This document shows positions 45,395 through 55,018 of a stretch of DNA of 64,000 bases, one piece after another. Position 1 is the first letter of the stretch; the number at the start of each line of letters is the position of its first letter. Position numbers and translations under genes: made by a program. The notes under the pieces are model-generated. The model worked only from the letters and a program-made list of their open reading frames with translations, had not been told where the DNA came from and did no database searches. Origin of the DNA: Singulisphaera sp. GP187 (GTDB taxonomy: Bacteria > Planctomycetota > GCA-002687715); the NCBI GenBank assembly GCA_945907755.1, contig CAMDTN010000004.1, forward strand, positions 20,873-84,872, written 5' to 3'.

Positions 45395-46304
45395 GGCCTT
45401 GCTCGCAAACTGTCCAAGGAGCACCACCGCGCACGACGCGCCTTGCCCCAGCACTCATCACGCCCACACGGGTTAGCGGCGTTGCGTGAACCCAATGTGC
45501 TTGAAGTTTGGCCCATGCACTTGCCGGCAGCGTGAACAACAGTTCGAAATCTTCGCCCTCCGTGCAGGCACGCAGCACCGCGTCGCCGCCCGCTTGCAAG
45601 GCATCGTCATGCACGGGCACTAGGTCAGCATCCAGTTCGAAGCCACAGCCGCTGGCCTCTGCGAGACGAGTCAAGTCCAAGAGCAGTCCGTCAGAAACGT
45701 CGATCATGGCGCTGGGGCGCACGAGTTCTAGGATGGCCGCGATCTCATCGATACGCGGAGTGATGCGCAGATGGCGCCCAAGTCCGGAGCCTCCGAAACT
45801 GCCGGTCACAACAACAACATCCCCAGCTACGGCGCCACAACGCGTCAGCGCTTGCTCCGCCATCGGGCGCCCAAGCATGCTGACATTCACCACGATGCCG
45901 CCGTCATGAGTGGTGGTGTCGCCGCCAAAAAGCGGACACGAAAACAGTGCCCCAGCCGCGCGGGCGCCTTGAGTGATCTGTTGCGGCAGTGCGTCAGGGC
46001 AACCGCGTGGCAGCACCAACGCCAGCAGCATGCCCACGGGTGCGGCGCCCATCGCCGCGAGGTCCGACAAGTTGCGTGCCACGGCTTTGTGCCCAATCAA
46101 CACTGGATCGATGCCTGCAACAAAATGTGTTCCTTCGGCCACCGTGTCGCAGCACCAGACCAAGGGCTTCGTCTGTGGCGGCAGCACCGCCGCATCGTCC
46201 CCGAGCGGCACCAAGGCCGCGTTGGGTGGTTCCGTCCTGCGCAACCAAGCGTGAAAGCTGCGCTCATCCATGCGGGGGCGATAGTAGCCGCTCATCCGAA
46301 GCAT
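45381..46304 (-). CDS. thiL: Thiamine-monophosphate kinase
   Basis: AIR-synthase-like fold with LGDDAAVL, DLAAMGA and GEDFELLFT. Confidence 0.88.
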   Translation of the reverse strand: MLRMSGYYRPRMDERSFHAWLRRTEPPNAALVPLGDDAAVLPPQTKPLVWCCDTVAEGTHFVAGIDPVLIGHKAVARNLSDLAAMGAAPVGMLLALVLPRGCPDALPQQITQGARAAGALFSCPLFGGDTTTHDGGIVVNVSMLGRPMAEQALTRCGAVAGDVVVVTGSFGGSGLGRHLRITPRIDEIAAILELVRPSAMIDVSDGLLLDLTRLAEASGCGFELDADLVPVHDDALQAGGDAVLRACTEGEDFELLFTLPASAWAKLQAHWVHATPLTRVGVMSAGARRVVRGGAPWTVCEQGHVHR

Positions 46305-46840
46305 CGAATGCCGGCGAGCCCACTAGCACCGCAGGCGCGCAACATTGCCGTGTCCTGTGGACCCAACCCACCAATCGCGATCAACGGCACTGGACCTGCC
46401 GCATGCGCCGCCGCGCGGAGTGCATCGAAACCGCAACCCGGCAGCAGAACCCCACCCTTCGGCGTAGCGCGCACCGGCCCGAAAACGATCCAGTCAACAC
46501 CGAGGTCACGCAACGCTGCCACCCCAGCCAGAGCATGCGCCGATCCGCCCACAGCGAGTCCGCTCTGCCTCGCGGCGACCACGCCAGAAGCGCGCTCAGA
46601 GTTATCCGCCAAGTGCACTCCGTGAACTCCGACCCGCTGCGCAATTGCTGCGCTAACACTCGCGATGACAGCGATGCGCACCTGCAACACAGTGTTGCGC
46701 AGCAGTTCTTCCAGAGCTGGCGAAGCCATGTTTTTCTCGCGCACCCACAAGACATCGATGGAATGTTCCGCGCAGCGCTCGGTTAGGCGCTGCGCGCGAG
46801 CGTCCGCAACCAGCATGCGCCCCCAATTCGTCGGCGTCAT
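46292..46840 (-). CDS. thiE: Thiamine-phosphate synthase (ThiE/TenI family)
   Basis: Start at MTPTNWG (ATGA overlap with the ddl stop). Motifs LWVREK, VHGVHL, GGSAH, IVFGPVRATPKG and LIAIGGL. ORF-track residues upstream of the chosen start overlap ddl and were rejected. Confidence 0.75.
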   Translation of the reverse strand: MTPTNWGRMLVADARAQRLTERCAEHSIDVLWVREKNMASPALEELLRNTVLQVRIAVIASVSAAIAQRVGVHGVHLADNSERASGVVAARQSGLAVGGSAHALAGVAALRDLGVDWIVFGPVRATPKGGVLLPGCGFDALRAAAHAAGPVPLIAIGGLGPQDTAMLRACGASGLAGIRCFG

Positions 46841-47901
46841 CCGCAGCGCGCGGCCCGTGCGTCCAAACCGTCCTGAATAAGCAGTTCCATCAGTGCTGCC
46901 ATGCTGTATCCAGCCACAGCAGCAGAACGCGGCACGAGAGATTCCGCTGTCATGCCGGGCAGCGTATTGATCTCTAACACCGCGATGGATCCATCGGCGT
47001 GCTGCATGATATCGGTGCGAGTGACGCCGCGAGCACCGATGAGTCGATGCAGCGCAACAGAAGCAGCAGCCAGTGCAGCAGCCGTGGTGGCGTCCACCTG
47101 CGCTGGGCAAACCTCCTCTGCTCCGCCGGGTGTGTACTTGCTCGCAAGGTCGAAGAAATCGCCCAGTTTGGGCACGATTGAGATAGCGGGAAGTGCTCGT
47201 GCATTCAGCCCATGCCCAAGAACAGGAACACTGAACTCACGCCCCCGCACACAATCTTCAACGAGGACTTGCGCTTCCGTGCTGAGTTTGTGCAGCGCAT
47301 CGGCAACGGCCGACGCGTCCTTGCAGACGAACACACCCACCGAAGAGCCGAGCCCAACGGCTTTCACTACCACTGGCAGTCCATGAGTCGTCACGATCTC
47401 CGCAACCGCTGCAGAAGTGCGGCCCCCTGCGCACTGCACCACACTCCAGCGCGGCGTGGGAATGTCCGCACTGCGCATGAGATGTTTGGTCAGAATCTTG
47501 TCCAGCGCAACAGCACTCGCGCCGACGCCGCAGCCGGTGTAGGCCAAGCCACTCACCTCCAGAAAGCCTTGAATTGCACCGTCTTCGCCACCGCGGCCGT
47601 GCAAGCCAAGTGCAACACAGCGGACACCGCGCTGCTTCCAGCGAGCAACGGCTTCCAGCGCGTCGCCGCGCCACACTGCGGCGCTGCATTCGTTGTCCAC
47701 GCGCATCGAACGCTGCGACAAACCCCGAGCCAGCTCGTTCCACACTCCGTCCGTGCCAATCACCATTTCCACAACTTCACACCCAGACGACTCCATGGCT
47801 GCACGCATGGTTGCGCCGGTGCGCAACGAAATCTCGTGCTCGGATGCGTGTCCGCCGGAGAGCAAACCTACAGGCCCAGCATCTGCAACCGACATCGCCA
47901 T
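46837..47901 (-). CDS. ddl: D-alanine--D-alanine ligase
   Basis: LLSGGHASEHEISL N-terminal pattern, an ATP-grasp core, and the C-terminal EINTLPGMT. Confidence 0.9.
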   Translation of the reverse strand: MAMSVADAGPVGLLSGGHASEHEISLRTGATMRAAMESSGCEVVEMVIGTDGVWNELARGLSQRSMRVDNECSAAVWRGDALEAVARWKQRGVRCVALGLHGRGGEDGAIQGFLEVSGLAYTGCGVGASAVALDKILTKHLMRSADIPTPRWSVVQCAGGRTSAAVAEIVTTHGLPVVVKAVGLGSSVGVFVCKDASAVADALHKLSTEAQVLVEDCVRGREFSVPVLGHGLNARALPAISIVPKLGDFFDLASKYTPGGAEEVCPAQVDATTAAALAAASVALHRLIGARGVTRTDIMQHADGSIAVLEINTLPGMTAESLVPRSAAVAGYSMAALMELLIQDGLDARAARCG

Positions 47902-47937
47902 CTCCTCGAGGTCGCAAGCCGCGCCCCGTCGAGGAGT

Positions 47938-49317
47938 TTACAGCAAGATGTCTTGGTTCCGCGTGAATGGTTGGAGCCGCAGCGCGCTGATGTCCTCGGG
48001 GCCAAGCGCGGTGAGTGGTGAAATCTCGACGCGGACCGCCAGCGCGCCAGTCGCATCACGCGGAACGGCAAACCCAGCGCGCTCCAGCCAGCAAGCATGC
48101 AATTCCATACTGTCGCGACGACAAGAATCCGGGGAGTCGTCGCCACTGCGATTCTTGATGGGTGAGAATTCGACGCGGCGCTCCACTTCCATCACCATGA
48201 TGCGTTGCGCCAATGGCATGGCGTCGAAGATGAAGAGTTCGAACTTGGTTCCAACGCGGCTGCTGTTTCCCACTGCGGCATCGAAGCAAGGAATTTCTTT
48301 GCGAGCACGGTGCCATGGCAGTTGCAGCGAACCAGTCACAAAGCGTTCAATGAAAGCGCAATCCAGCACATGCACCGCGATGTTGCCCGCACGGAAGCGT
48401 AGTTGGCCATCGGCGTCGCGAGCTTCTCGCAGATGAGCGGGAAGATCTGAGTACTCGATGACGCCCGCAGCGCCATCCAAGCGCCCCAGCACTCCGACTT
48501 TCTCATCGGCTGCGCGCTTCGGTACGGCTTTCGAAGAAAACTCAGACAGCGTCAACTGATGCCGGCCCAAGAACACAGGGTCGCACATGTCCACCAGCGG
48601 GTTGTCGACTTGAAAGTAGAAGAGCTGTTCAACGCCGCGAGCACGCAACTGCTGCAGCGCGCCAGACTGGTGCAGCGCGCGCAACGATCCGCCGTGGCCA
48701 TCGGGGCTGCGGAACAACGCGGTGGCGGAGCGCAGCAATAGACGCCCCGCGTCATCCAAGGCGGGTAGTGTCCCCTGCTGAAAGAACAGCACATCGTTAG
48801 GGTCGAGTCCGAAGAACGCGTGCTGTGCGAAAAACTCTTGGGTGTCGCTGTCGTTTTCGGGGCTGGTCATGACGCACCAAGGAATGGCGCGCCCCGCTTT
48901 GCGCCCGCGGTGTAACAGCTTCTCAGCGAACACTTGAAACAAGCTGGCACCGCTGATCGCTGCCGCTGGGTGTTTGCCCTTGGGGCCGCTGGCGCCCAAG
49001 CGCGTGCCTTGTCCGCCCGCAACCACGAATGCAGCAACGCGCCCCGCTTTGAGCATGGCTTCGCCACGCACGCGAGCTGCGGAGTCGCCAGCAGCATCAG
49101 CACCGCGAACCAATTGAGGCAGTGGTTCGATCACTTGTGGCGCCGCAGGCGGCCCGCTGCGCAGTGATTGTTGCAAGGTGCGCAGGAGCGCGAAATCCAG
49201 CGAGGCGATATCAGCCGCAAAGCGCGCGGCTTCATGGGCGGCAAGCCCAGCAGCGTGCTGCACCAAATGCTCTTGTCCGTGCGACTTCAGTTGCTGCGCT
49301 AACGCTTCGGGCAACAT
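47938..49317 (-). CDS. UDP-sugar pyrophosphorylase (UDPGP family, UAP/USP-like)
   Basis: VVAGGQGTRLGASGPKG nucleotide-binding loop. 459 aa with eukaryote-type UDPGP architecture. Confidence 0.8.
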   Translation of the reverse strand: MLPEALAQQLKSHGQEHLVQHAAGLAAHEAARFAADIASLDFALLRTLQQSLRSGPPAAPQVIEPLPQLVRGADAAGDSAARVRGEAMLKAGRVAAFVVAGGQGTRLGASGPKGKHPAAAISGASLFQVFAEKLLHRGRKAGRAIPWCVMTSPENDSDTQEFFAQHAFFGLDPNDVLFFQQGTLPALDDAGRLLLRSATALFRSPDGHGGSLRALHQSGALQQLRARGVEQLFYFQVDNPLVDMCDPVFLGRHQLTLSEFSSKAVPKRAADEKVGVLGRLDGAAGVIEYSDLPAHLREARDADGQLRFRAGNIAVHVLDCAFIERFVTGSLQLPWHRARKEIPCFDAAVGNSSRVGTKFELFIFDAMPLAQRIMVMEVERRVEFSPIKNRSGDDSPDSCRRDSMELHACWLERAGFAVPRDATGALAVRVEISPLTALGPEDISALRLQPFTRNQDILL

Positions 49318-49323
49318 GACGAG

Positions 49324-50562
49324 TTAATGCGCTCGGAATGCCAGGGTGCAGTTGTGCCCGCCGAAACCAAGGCTGTTCGACAGCGCGGCACGCAAGCGGC
49401 GCTCGCGCGTGCCTTCCTTCACATAATCGAGAGTGCAGCCTTCACCAGGCACTTCATGGTTCAGCGTGCGGTGCACTACTCCGCGTTGCAGCGACATGGC
49501 ACACACCGCAGCTTCCACTGCGCCCGAAGCGCCTAACAAGTGCCCGAGCATGCTCTTGGAGCTGTTCACCCACAGACGCTCTGCATCGGCACCGAACACA
49601 GCGCAGATGGCGGCGCTCTCGTTGGGGTCGTTGATAGGCGTCGATGTGCCGTGCGCGTTGATGTAATCGACATCGCTGGTGTTCAACTGGGCGTCCGCGA
49701 GGGCAAGTCGCATGGAGCGCTGCGCACCTTCCGCGTTTTCGGCCGGAGCAGTGATGTGATGCGCATCTGCGGTGGCCCCGAAACCAGCGATCTCGCAATA
49801 GATCCTCGCGCCACGAGCTTGCGCGTGTTCCAGCGTTTCCAAGACCAAGAATGCAGCGCCTTCGCCCATGACGAAGCCGTCGCGATCCTTGTCGAACGGG
49901 CGCGAAGCGCGCTCCGGTTCATCGTTGCGCGTGCTCATTGCACGCAGCGCACAAAACCCGCCGATACCCAGCACACAAACGGTTGCTTCAGAACCGCCGC
50001 TCAAAACCACATCAGCTTCACCATGGCGCAAAGTGCGCAACGCGGTGCCCAGTGCGTGCGATGCTGACGCACAAGCCGAAGCCGTGACCCAGTTCGGCCC
50101 CTTCAAACCAAGCTCGATGCTCAGTTCGCCGCTGAGGGCGTTCATCATGAGACGCGGGATGAAAAACGGGCTCATGCGGGACGGCCCTTTGGTGAGCACC
50201 ACATTGTGCTGCTCTTCCATGGTGCTCAGCCCGCCGATGCCAGACCCTGCGATGACACCGACGCGTTCGGGGTTGAGACGCTCGACATCGAGGCCGCTGT
50301 CTTTCCAGGCAGCGATACCAGCAACCATTCCCAGTTGCGCGAAGCGGTCGAGTTTCTTAGCGCGCTGTGGGCCGAGGACCTCTGCTGGATCCAGCCCGCG
50401 CACTTCGCCCGCGATCCGCGTAGTGAATGCCGCCGCGTCGAACCGTGTGATGGGCCCGATACCCGAACGGCCCGCGAGCAGGCCGTCAAATGTGGACGCG
50501 GCATCGAGCCCCAAAGGGGACACGATGCCAATTCCGGTCACTACTACGGTGCGCGGGTTCAT
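49324..50562 (-). CDS. fabF: 3-Oxoacyl-ACP synthase II
   Basis: Active-site Cys context SACASASHA, HGTSTP and GHLLGASG. Confidence 0.95.
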   Translation of the reverse strand: MNPRTVVVTGIGIVSPLGLDAASTFDGLLAGRSGIGPITRFDAAAFTTRIAGEVRGLDPAEVLGPQRAKKLDRFAQLGMVAGIAAWKDSGLDVERLNPERVGVIAGSGIGGLSTMEEQHNVVLTKGPSRMSPFFIPRLMMNALSGELSIELGLKGPNWVTASACASASHALGTALRTLRHGEADVVLSGGSEATVCVLGIGGFCALRAMSTRNDEPERASRPFDKDRDGFVMGEGAAFLVLETLEHAQARGARIYCEIAGFGATADAHHITAPAENAEGAQRSMRLALADAQLNTSDVDYINAHGTSTPINDPNESAAICAVFGADAERLWVNSSKSMLGHLLGASGAVEAAVCAMSLQRGVVHRTLNHEVPGEGCTLDYVKEGTRERRLRAALSNSLGFGGHNCTLAFRAH

Positions 50563-50605
50563 CTCAGTGCGTCAGGCTCCAAGGCGCAGCCTCAGAGCAA
50601 GTCCG

Positions 50606-50848
50606 TCACTTGGCGCCCTTGGCCTTGATGTAGTCCACCGCGGAACCCACCGTTTGAATTTTCTCGGAATCCTCTTGCGGGATCGTTACCGAGAAAGCCT
50701 CTTCCAGCGCCATGACCAACTCCACCGTGTCGAGGGAGTCTGCGCCGAGGTCGTTCACGAAGGACGACTTTATGGTCACATTCTCCTTCTTCTGGCTGAG
50801 AGTCTTGCAGACAATGTCGATCACTTTTTCTTCAAGGTTTGAAGCCAT
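50606..50848 (-). CDS. acpP: Acyl carrier protein
   Basis: [19 protein letters not shown] phosphopantetheine-attachment motif. 80 aa. Confidence 0.97.
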   Translation of the reverse strand: MASNLEEKVIDIVCKTLSQKKENVTIKSSFVNDLGADSLDTVELVMALEEAFSVTIPQEDSEKIQTVGSAVDYIKAKGAK

Positions 50849-50951
50849 CTGTCATATCCCCTGTGACCATGCACGCGACAACCGCCCCAGCGGCACCACG
50901 CACGGCATTGTTCTTACCACGCAACTTCTGCTGCATCAATCATTCCAGCCA

Positions 50952-51698
50952 TCAGAGTTTGAGCCCACCATCCACCACAAGGACCTGCCCCGTGATGTAG
51001 CTGGACAGCCCAGACGACAAGAACAGGACACCGTTCGCGATGTCCTCCCCCGTCCCGGCACGGCCGAGGACGATGTTTTTCTGCATCTCTGCGCGTTGCT
51101 CTTCTGTCAGCGCGGAGGTCATGTCAGTAGAGATGAAACCAGGCGCGATGGCGTTCACCAACACTCCCCGCGCCCCAAACTCCTTCGCAAGTGCACGCGT
51201 CATCGCGATCAGACCGCCCTTGCTGGCAGCATAATTCGCCTGTCCCGCGTTGCCCGCGAGCCCGACGACTGAGGCCATGTTGATGATGCGAGCGCCGCGG
51301 TTCTTCAGCATTGAGCGCGAGAGCGCACGAATGAGTGCGAAGGCACCCTTGAGATTGACATCCAGCACTTGATCCCAATCCGCTTCAGCCATGCGCATGA
51401 GCAACCCGTCGCGCGTGACGCCGGCGTTGTTCACCAAAATGTCGACGCGTTCGAAATCGGTGAGGATTTGTTGCCCCAAGGCTTGCACCGCTTCAAAGCT
51501 GGCCATGTCGGCGCCGTAGCACTGCACGCGCACCCCGTGAGCGCGGCACAACGCGGCGGTGGCTTCTGCATTCGCTGCCGTGCTGGCAACGAGAGCCAGT
51601 TGGACTCCTTCAGCAGCGAGCGCCGTGGCCACCGCCCGGCCAATGCCGCGCGAAGCCCCAGTCACCACAGCGTGCCGCCCATTGAGTGCGAGGTCCAT
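50952..51698 (-). CDS. fabG: 3-Oxoacyl-ACP reductase
   Basis: SDR motifs TGASRGIGRA, NNAG and YAASKGG. Confidence 0.93.
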   Translation of the reverse strand: MDLALNGRHAVVTGASRGIGRAVATALAAEGVQLALVASTAANAEATAALCRAHGVRVQCYGADMASFEAVQALGQQILTDFERVDILVNNAGVTRDGLLMRMAEADWDQVLDVNLKGAFALIRALSRSMLKNRGARIINMASVVGLAGNAGQANYAASKGGLIAMTRALAKEFGARGVLVNAIAPGFISTDMTSALTEEQRAEMQKNIVLGRAGTGEDIANGVLFLSSGLSSYITGQVLVVDGGLKL

Positions 51699-51701
51699 GG
51701 C

Positions 51702-52616
51702 TTAGTCCGCCTCCTCGATCGCTTGCACCACAACACCGTCGAGCGTCTTGCGAGCCAAGCCCGCAAGCACACGCCCCGGCGGTGGTTCTGAAAACTCAGT
51801 GAACCCATCTGCAGCCAACTGGCGCAGTGAGTCTTCCCACAACACCGGTGCGACAACCTGCTGCACCAACAGTGCACCAATTGCCGCAGCATCTACTACT
51901 GGCTGCGCGGTGACATTGGAGTAAACCGGAATGCGCGGTGCACTGAAATGTGTTGCGCTGATGGCCTGTTGCAGAGCGGCGCGCGCTGGCGCCATCACGG
52001 GAGAATGGAACGCACCCGCAACCACCAACGCGATGGCGCGACGCACTCCCAATGCCGCAGCAGCCTCGGGCACCCGCGCCAAAGCGGCGAGATCGCCGGA
52101 AACCACGATCTGCCCCGGTGCGTTGATATTCGCAACCACCAGCACCCCGTCGCCGCGTGCGCGTTCACAAACGGCTTTAGCGGTGGCGCGGTCAGCACCC
52201 AGCAATGTCGTCATGCCCGAGGGCGTGGCATCCGCCGCAGATTGCATGGCAACACCTCTCCGGTGCACCAAGTTCAACCCCTCCTCGAACGAGAACGCGC
52301 CAGCAAACCAAAGCGCGGTGTATTCACCGAGGCTCAAGCCCGCGGTGGCCGCGAAGCGTGCAGGGTCGAACAGGCCAGCCTCACGGCGCCCCTCCAGCAC
52401 AGCAATGGAAGTGACAAAAATGGCCGCCTGCGCGTGGGCAGTGCGCGTCAGCGTCGCTGCGGGCCCGGCATGGCACAGCTCGGACAACTTGTAGCCCAGC
52501 ACCTCATCAGCACGGGCAAACATGCGAGCAGACGCAGGCCAGCGCTGAGTCGCCTTCAGCCCCATTCCGACTTCCTGAGCCCCTTGGCCCGGAAAAAGCA
52601 GTGCTGCCTTGCTCAT
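51702..52616 (-). CDS. fabD: Malonyl-CoA-ACP transacylase
   Basis: FPGQGAQ and GLSLGEY active-site motifs. Confidence 0.93.
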   Translation of the reverse strand: MSKAALLFPGQGAQEVGMGLKATQRWPASARMFARADEVLGYKLSELCHAGPAATLTRTAHAQAAIFVTSIAVLEGRREAGLFDPARFAATAGLSLGEYTALWFAGAFSFEEGLNLVHRRGVAMQSAADATPSGMTTLLGADRATAKAVCERARGDGVLVVANINAPGQIVVSGDLAALARVPEAAAALGVRRAIALVVAGAFHSPVMAPARAALQQAISATHFSAPRIPVYSNVTAQPVVDAAAIGALLVQQVVAPVLWEDSLRQLAADGFTEFSEPPPGRVLAGLARKTLDGVVVQAIEEAD

Positions 52617-52622
52617 GGCTGT

Positions 52623-53609
52623 CTACCAGCGCAGAAGCACCGAAGCCCAAGTGAGTCCGGCACCGAATGCCAGCAACGAAACATATTTGCCTTCAACCAA
52701 GCGTCCGGCGCGGTGCGCTTCATCCAACGCAATGCCCACACTGGCGCCCGACGTGTTGCCGTATTTCTCGAGGTTCATGAAGATCTTCTCTTCAGGAATG
52801 TCAATGCGGCGCAAGGCCGATTCGATGATGCGGTAATTCACTTGGTGCGGGATCACCAGCCCGAAATCATCCGGCGTCAACGAATGCTCGCGCATCTGAC
52901 GCTCGACCAATTCGCGAAACTTGTCCACAGCGAAGCGGTAGGTCTCGTTGCCCTTAATCCGCAGCTTATGCTCGCGAGCATCAACCGTTGCAGCGCTTGC
53001 TGGCTTGCGCGAACCGCCAGCGCGGATGTACATCGTTTCGACACCGTTGCCGTCGGCGCACAGAAAGCTGGTGAGCACACGCCCGCGCGGGGCATCGGCC
53101 CCCAGCACCACAGCGCCTGCGCCATCGCCGAAGAGGATGCAACTGGAGCGGTCTTCGTAATCGGTGATGCGACTCATGCATTCCGCACCAATTACGAGCG
53201 CGCGCTCTGCACGGCCGCATTCGACCATGCCAGTGCCAAGGCTCAGCGCAGTCACGAAGCCTGGGCAAGCCGCGTTGATATCGATGCACGCGGCGTTTGT
53301 CAGCCCCAAAGCCTTCTGCACGAAGCAGGCGGCTGATGGCACCGGTTGATCGGGTGTCACCGTTGCAAGAATGATGAGAGTGATGGTCTTGGGATCGACA
53401 CCGGATGCCTCGATAGCTCTGCGCCCCGCAGCAATTGCGAGGTCGCTCGTGGCTTGGTCAGGCGCGGCGATGCGGCGCTCGCGCATGCCAGTTCGCGTGA
53501 AGATCCACTCGTCACTGGTGTCCACCAGCTTTTCGAGATCTGCGTTGCTGAGCACTCTCTCCGGCACATACGAACCCGTGCCAAGAATCCCAACGGAGCG
53601 CAAGTTCAT
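52623..53609 (-). CDS. fabH: 3-Oxoacyl-ACP synthase III
   Basis: INAACPGF active-site Cys, HQVNYRI and GNTSGASV. Confidence 0.94.
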   Translation of the reverse strand: MNLRSVGILGTGSYVPERVLSNADLEKLVDTSDEWIFTRTGMRERRIAAPDQATSDLAIAAGRRAIEASGVDPKTITLIILATVTPDQPVPSAACFVQKALGLTNAACIDINAACPGFVTALSLGTGMVECGRAERALVIGAECMSRITDYEDRSSCILFGDGAGAVVLGADAPRGRVLTSFLCADGNGVETMYIRAGGSRKPASAATVDAREHKLRIKGNETYRFAVDKFRELVERQMREHSLTPDDFGLVIPHQVNYRIIESALRRIDIPEEKIFMNLEKYGNTSGASVGIALDEAHRAGRLVEGKYVSLLAFGAGLTWASVLLRW

Positions 53610-54610
53610 GCGTGCGCACCGTCTTGGGTGGCTGCAATGTCAGCAGTCATAGCCGCCAACGCACCGCTGCGGTGGAGGCGCGTGGCCTGAAGCAAAGCGT
53701 TCTTGATGGGCCTAGCCTTCGATCGGCCATGTGCGATCAGGACGAGTCCGTCGATGCCCAGCAACGGTGCCCCACCGTGTTCTTCGTAGTCCAGCGCGCC
53801 ATGGAAACGGCGGATACCTTCCGCAGCTTGGGCATCGGATCCGAAGATGTCGCGCGCTAGTTGGGAGAGGCGCCCGAAGATCATCTCGTTCAGGCCTTCG
53901 GATGCCTTCAAGATGACATTGCCCACAAAGCCCTCACACACCACCACATCGCAAGAACCGTTGAAGATATTGTTGCCTTCAACGTTGCCAATGAAGTTCA
54001 GGTGCTTGACGCCCGCAAGGAGCGCACCGGTCTCTTGCAACAGCGCAGTGCCCTTGCCCTCTTCGCTGCCGATGTTCATGAGGCCGACACGAGGTGACTT
54101 CACCCCGAACATGCGGCGCGAATACTCAGCAGCAAGAATGCCGTAGTGAAATAGGTGGATGGGTTTGCAGTGCAGATTCGCACCGGCATCACACATCACT
54201 GCGTGTCCGTGCGCACTCGGCAATCCGACGGCGATGCCTGGCCTGCGCACTCCGGGGATGAGTTTGATCACCACAGTGGCAGCAGCAACCGCGGCACCAG
54301 TGTTCCCAGCAGCAACTAATCCATCGCAGGCGCGGCTGCGCACTAACTGTGCAGCACGATAGATCGATGAATCCGTCTTATGGACGGCATCCGTTGCAGC
54401 GTCTCCGCCAGCCACCACTGTGGCCGCATGGACGATCTCGATACGCTCGTGGTGAACACCACCCAATTCGCGTTCAATGGCATCCTGCTGCCCAACTAGC
54501 ACAACCGCGAGGTCGGTGTCTTGTGCGATGGCTTCCAGCGCTCCGCGAACGGTCTCGCGAGGAGCGTGGTCGCCGCCCATGGCATCAAGGGCAATTCTGG
54601 CAGTCACCAT
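53606..54610 (-). CDS. plsX: Phosphate acyltransferase PlsX
   Basis: IALDAMGGDHAP N-terminus. Canonical position between rpmF and fabH. 4-nt overlap with fabH. Confidence 0.93.
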   Translation of the reverse strand: MVTARIALDAMGGDHAPRETVRGALEAIAQDTDLAVVLVGQQDAIERELGGVHHERIEIVHAATVVAGGDAATDAVHKTDSSIYRAAQLVRSRACDGLVAAGNTGAAVAAATVVIKLIPGVRRPGIAVGLPSAHGHAVMCDAGANLHCKPIHLFHYGILAAEYSRRMFGVKSPRVGLMNIGSEEGKGTALLQETGALLAGVKHLNFIGNVEGNNIFNGSCDVVVCEGFVGNVILKASEGLNEMIFGRLSQLARDIFGSDAQAAEGIRRFHGALDYEEHGGAPLLGIDGLVLIAHGRSKARPIKNALLQATRLHRSGALAAMTADIAATQDGAHA

Positions 54611-54635
54611 GCTGAAGTTTGAGCGCGTCTATGGC

Positions 54636-54818
54636 TCAGGCTTCGCCGACTTCAACTACCGCCTTGCCGGCGTAGTGGCCACAGTTGTGGCAAATGCGGT
54701 GCGCCGGAATGGCCGCGTTGCAGTGTGAGCAGCGAGCCAAACAGCTCTTGGTGATGGCTTGGTGGGAACGGCGCATACGGCGGCGCATCTTGCTGGTCTT
54801 TTTCTTTGGAACGGCCAT
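54636..54818 (-). CDS. rpmF: 50S ribosomal protein L32
   Basis: MAVPKKKTSKMRRRMRRSH plus a CxxC...CxxC zinc ribbon. Confidence 0.95.
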   Translation of the reverse strand: MAVPKKKTSKMRRRMRRSHQAITKSCLARCSHCNAAIPAHRICHNCGHYAGKAVVEVGEA

Positions 54819-55018
54819 GGGAAGACTCCTCGCAGCATGTTCCGACAGTGCCCTCCCCGGGAGAGCCGCCTCGTGGCGTCACGCGGACATCGCTTGGTGG
54901 GGGCGATTGTGCCACGATTTGGAGATTTTTCACCCTCTGTCAGAAATCTGCGAATTCAGTTCGTGGTGGACCCGCCACACATGCCAGCTCCACTCACGAA
55001 CCTTTGTGCATCAAAGAC

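Noticed and set aside
46841-47110. 5' extensions of ORF-track ORFs. Examples are thiE to 47110, ligT to 57404, pyrC from 20468, DUF4340 from 4446, mltA to 61330, cca to 41327, HEAT1 from 27044 and recA to 56443.
   Set aside because: The extensions overlap upstream genes or lack signal and domain sense. In every case an internal start restores a canonical N-terminus, a signal peptide or an ATGA-type junction.
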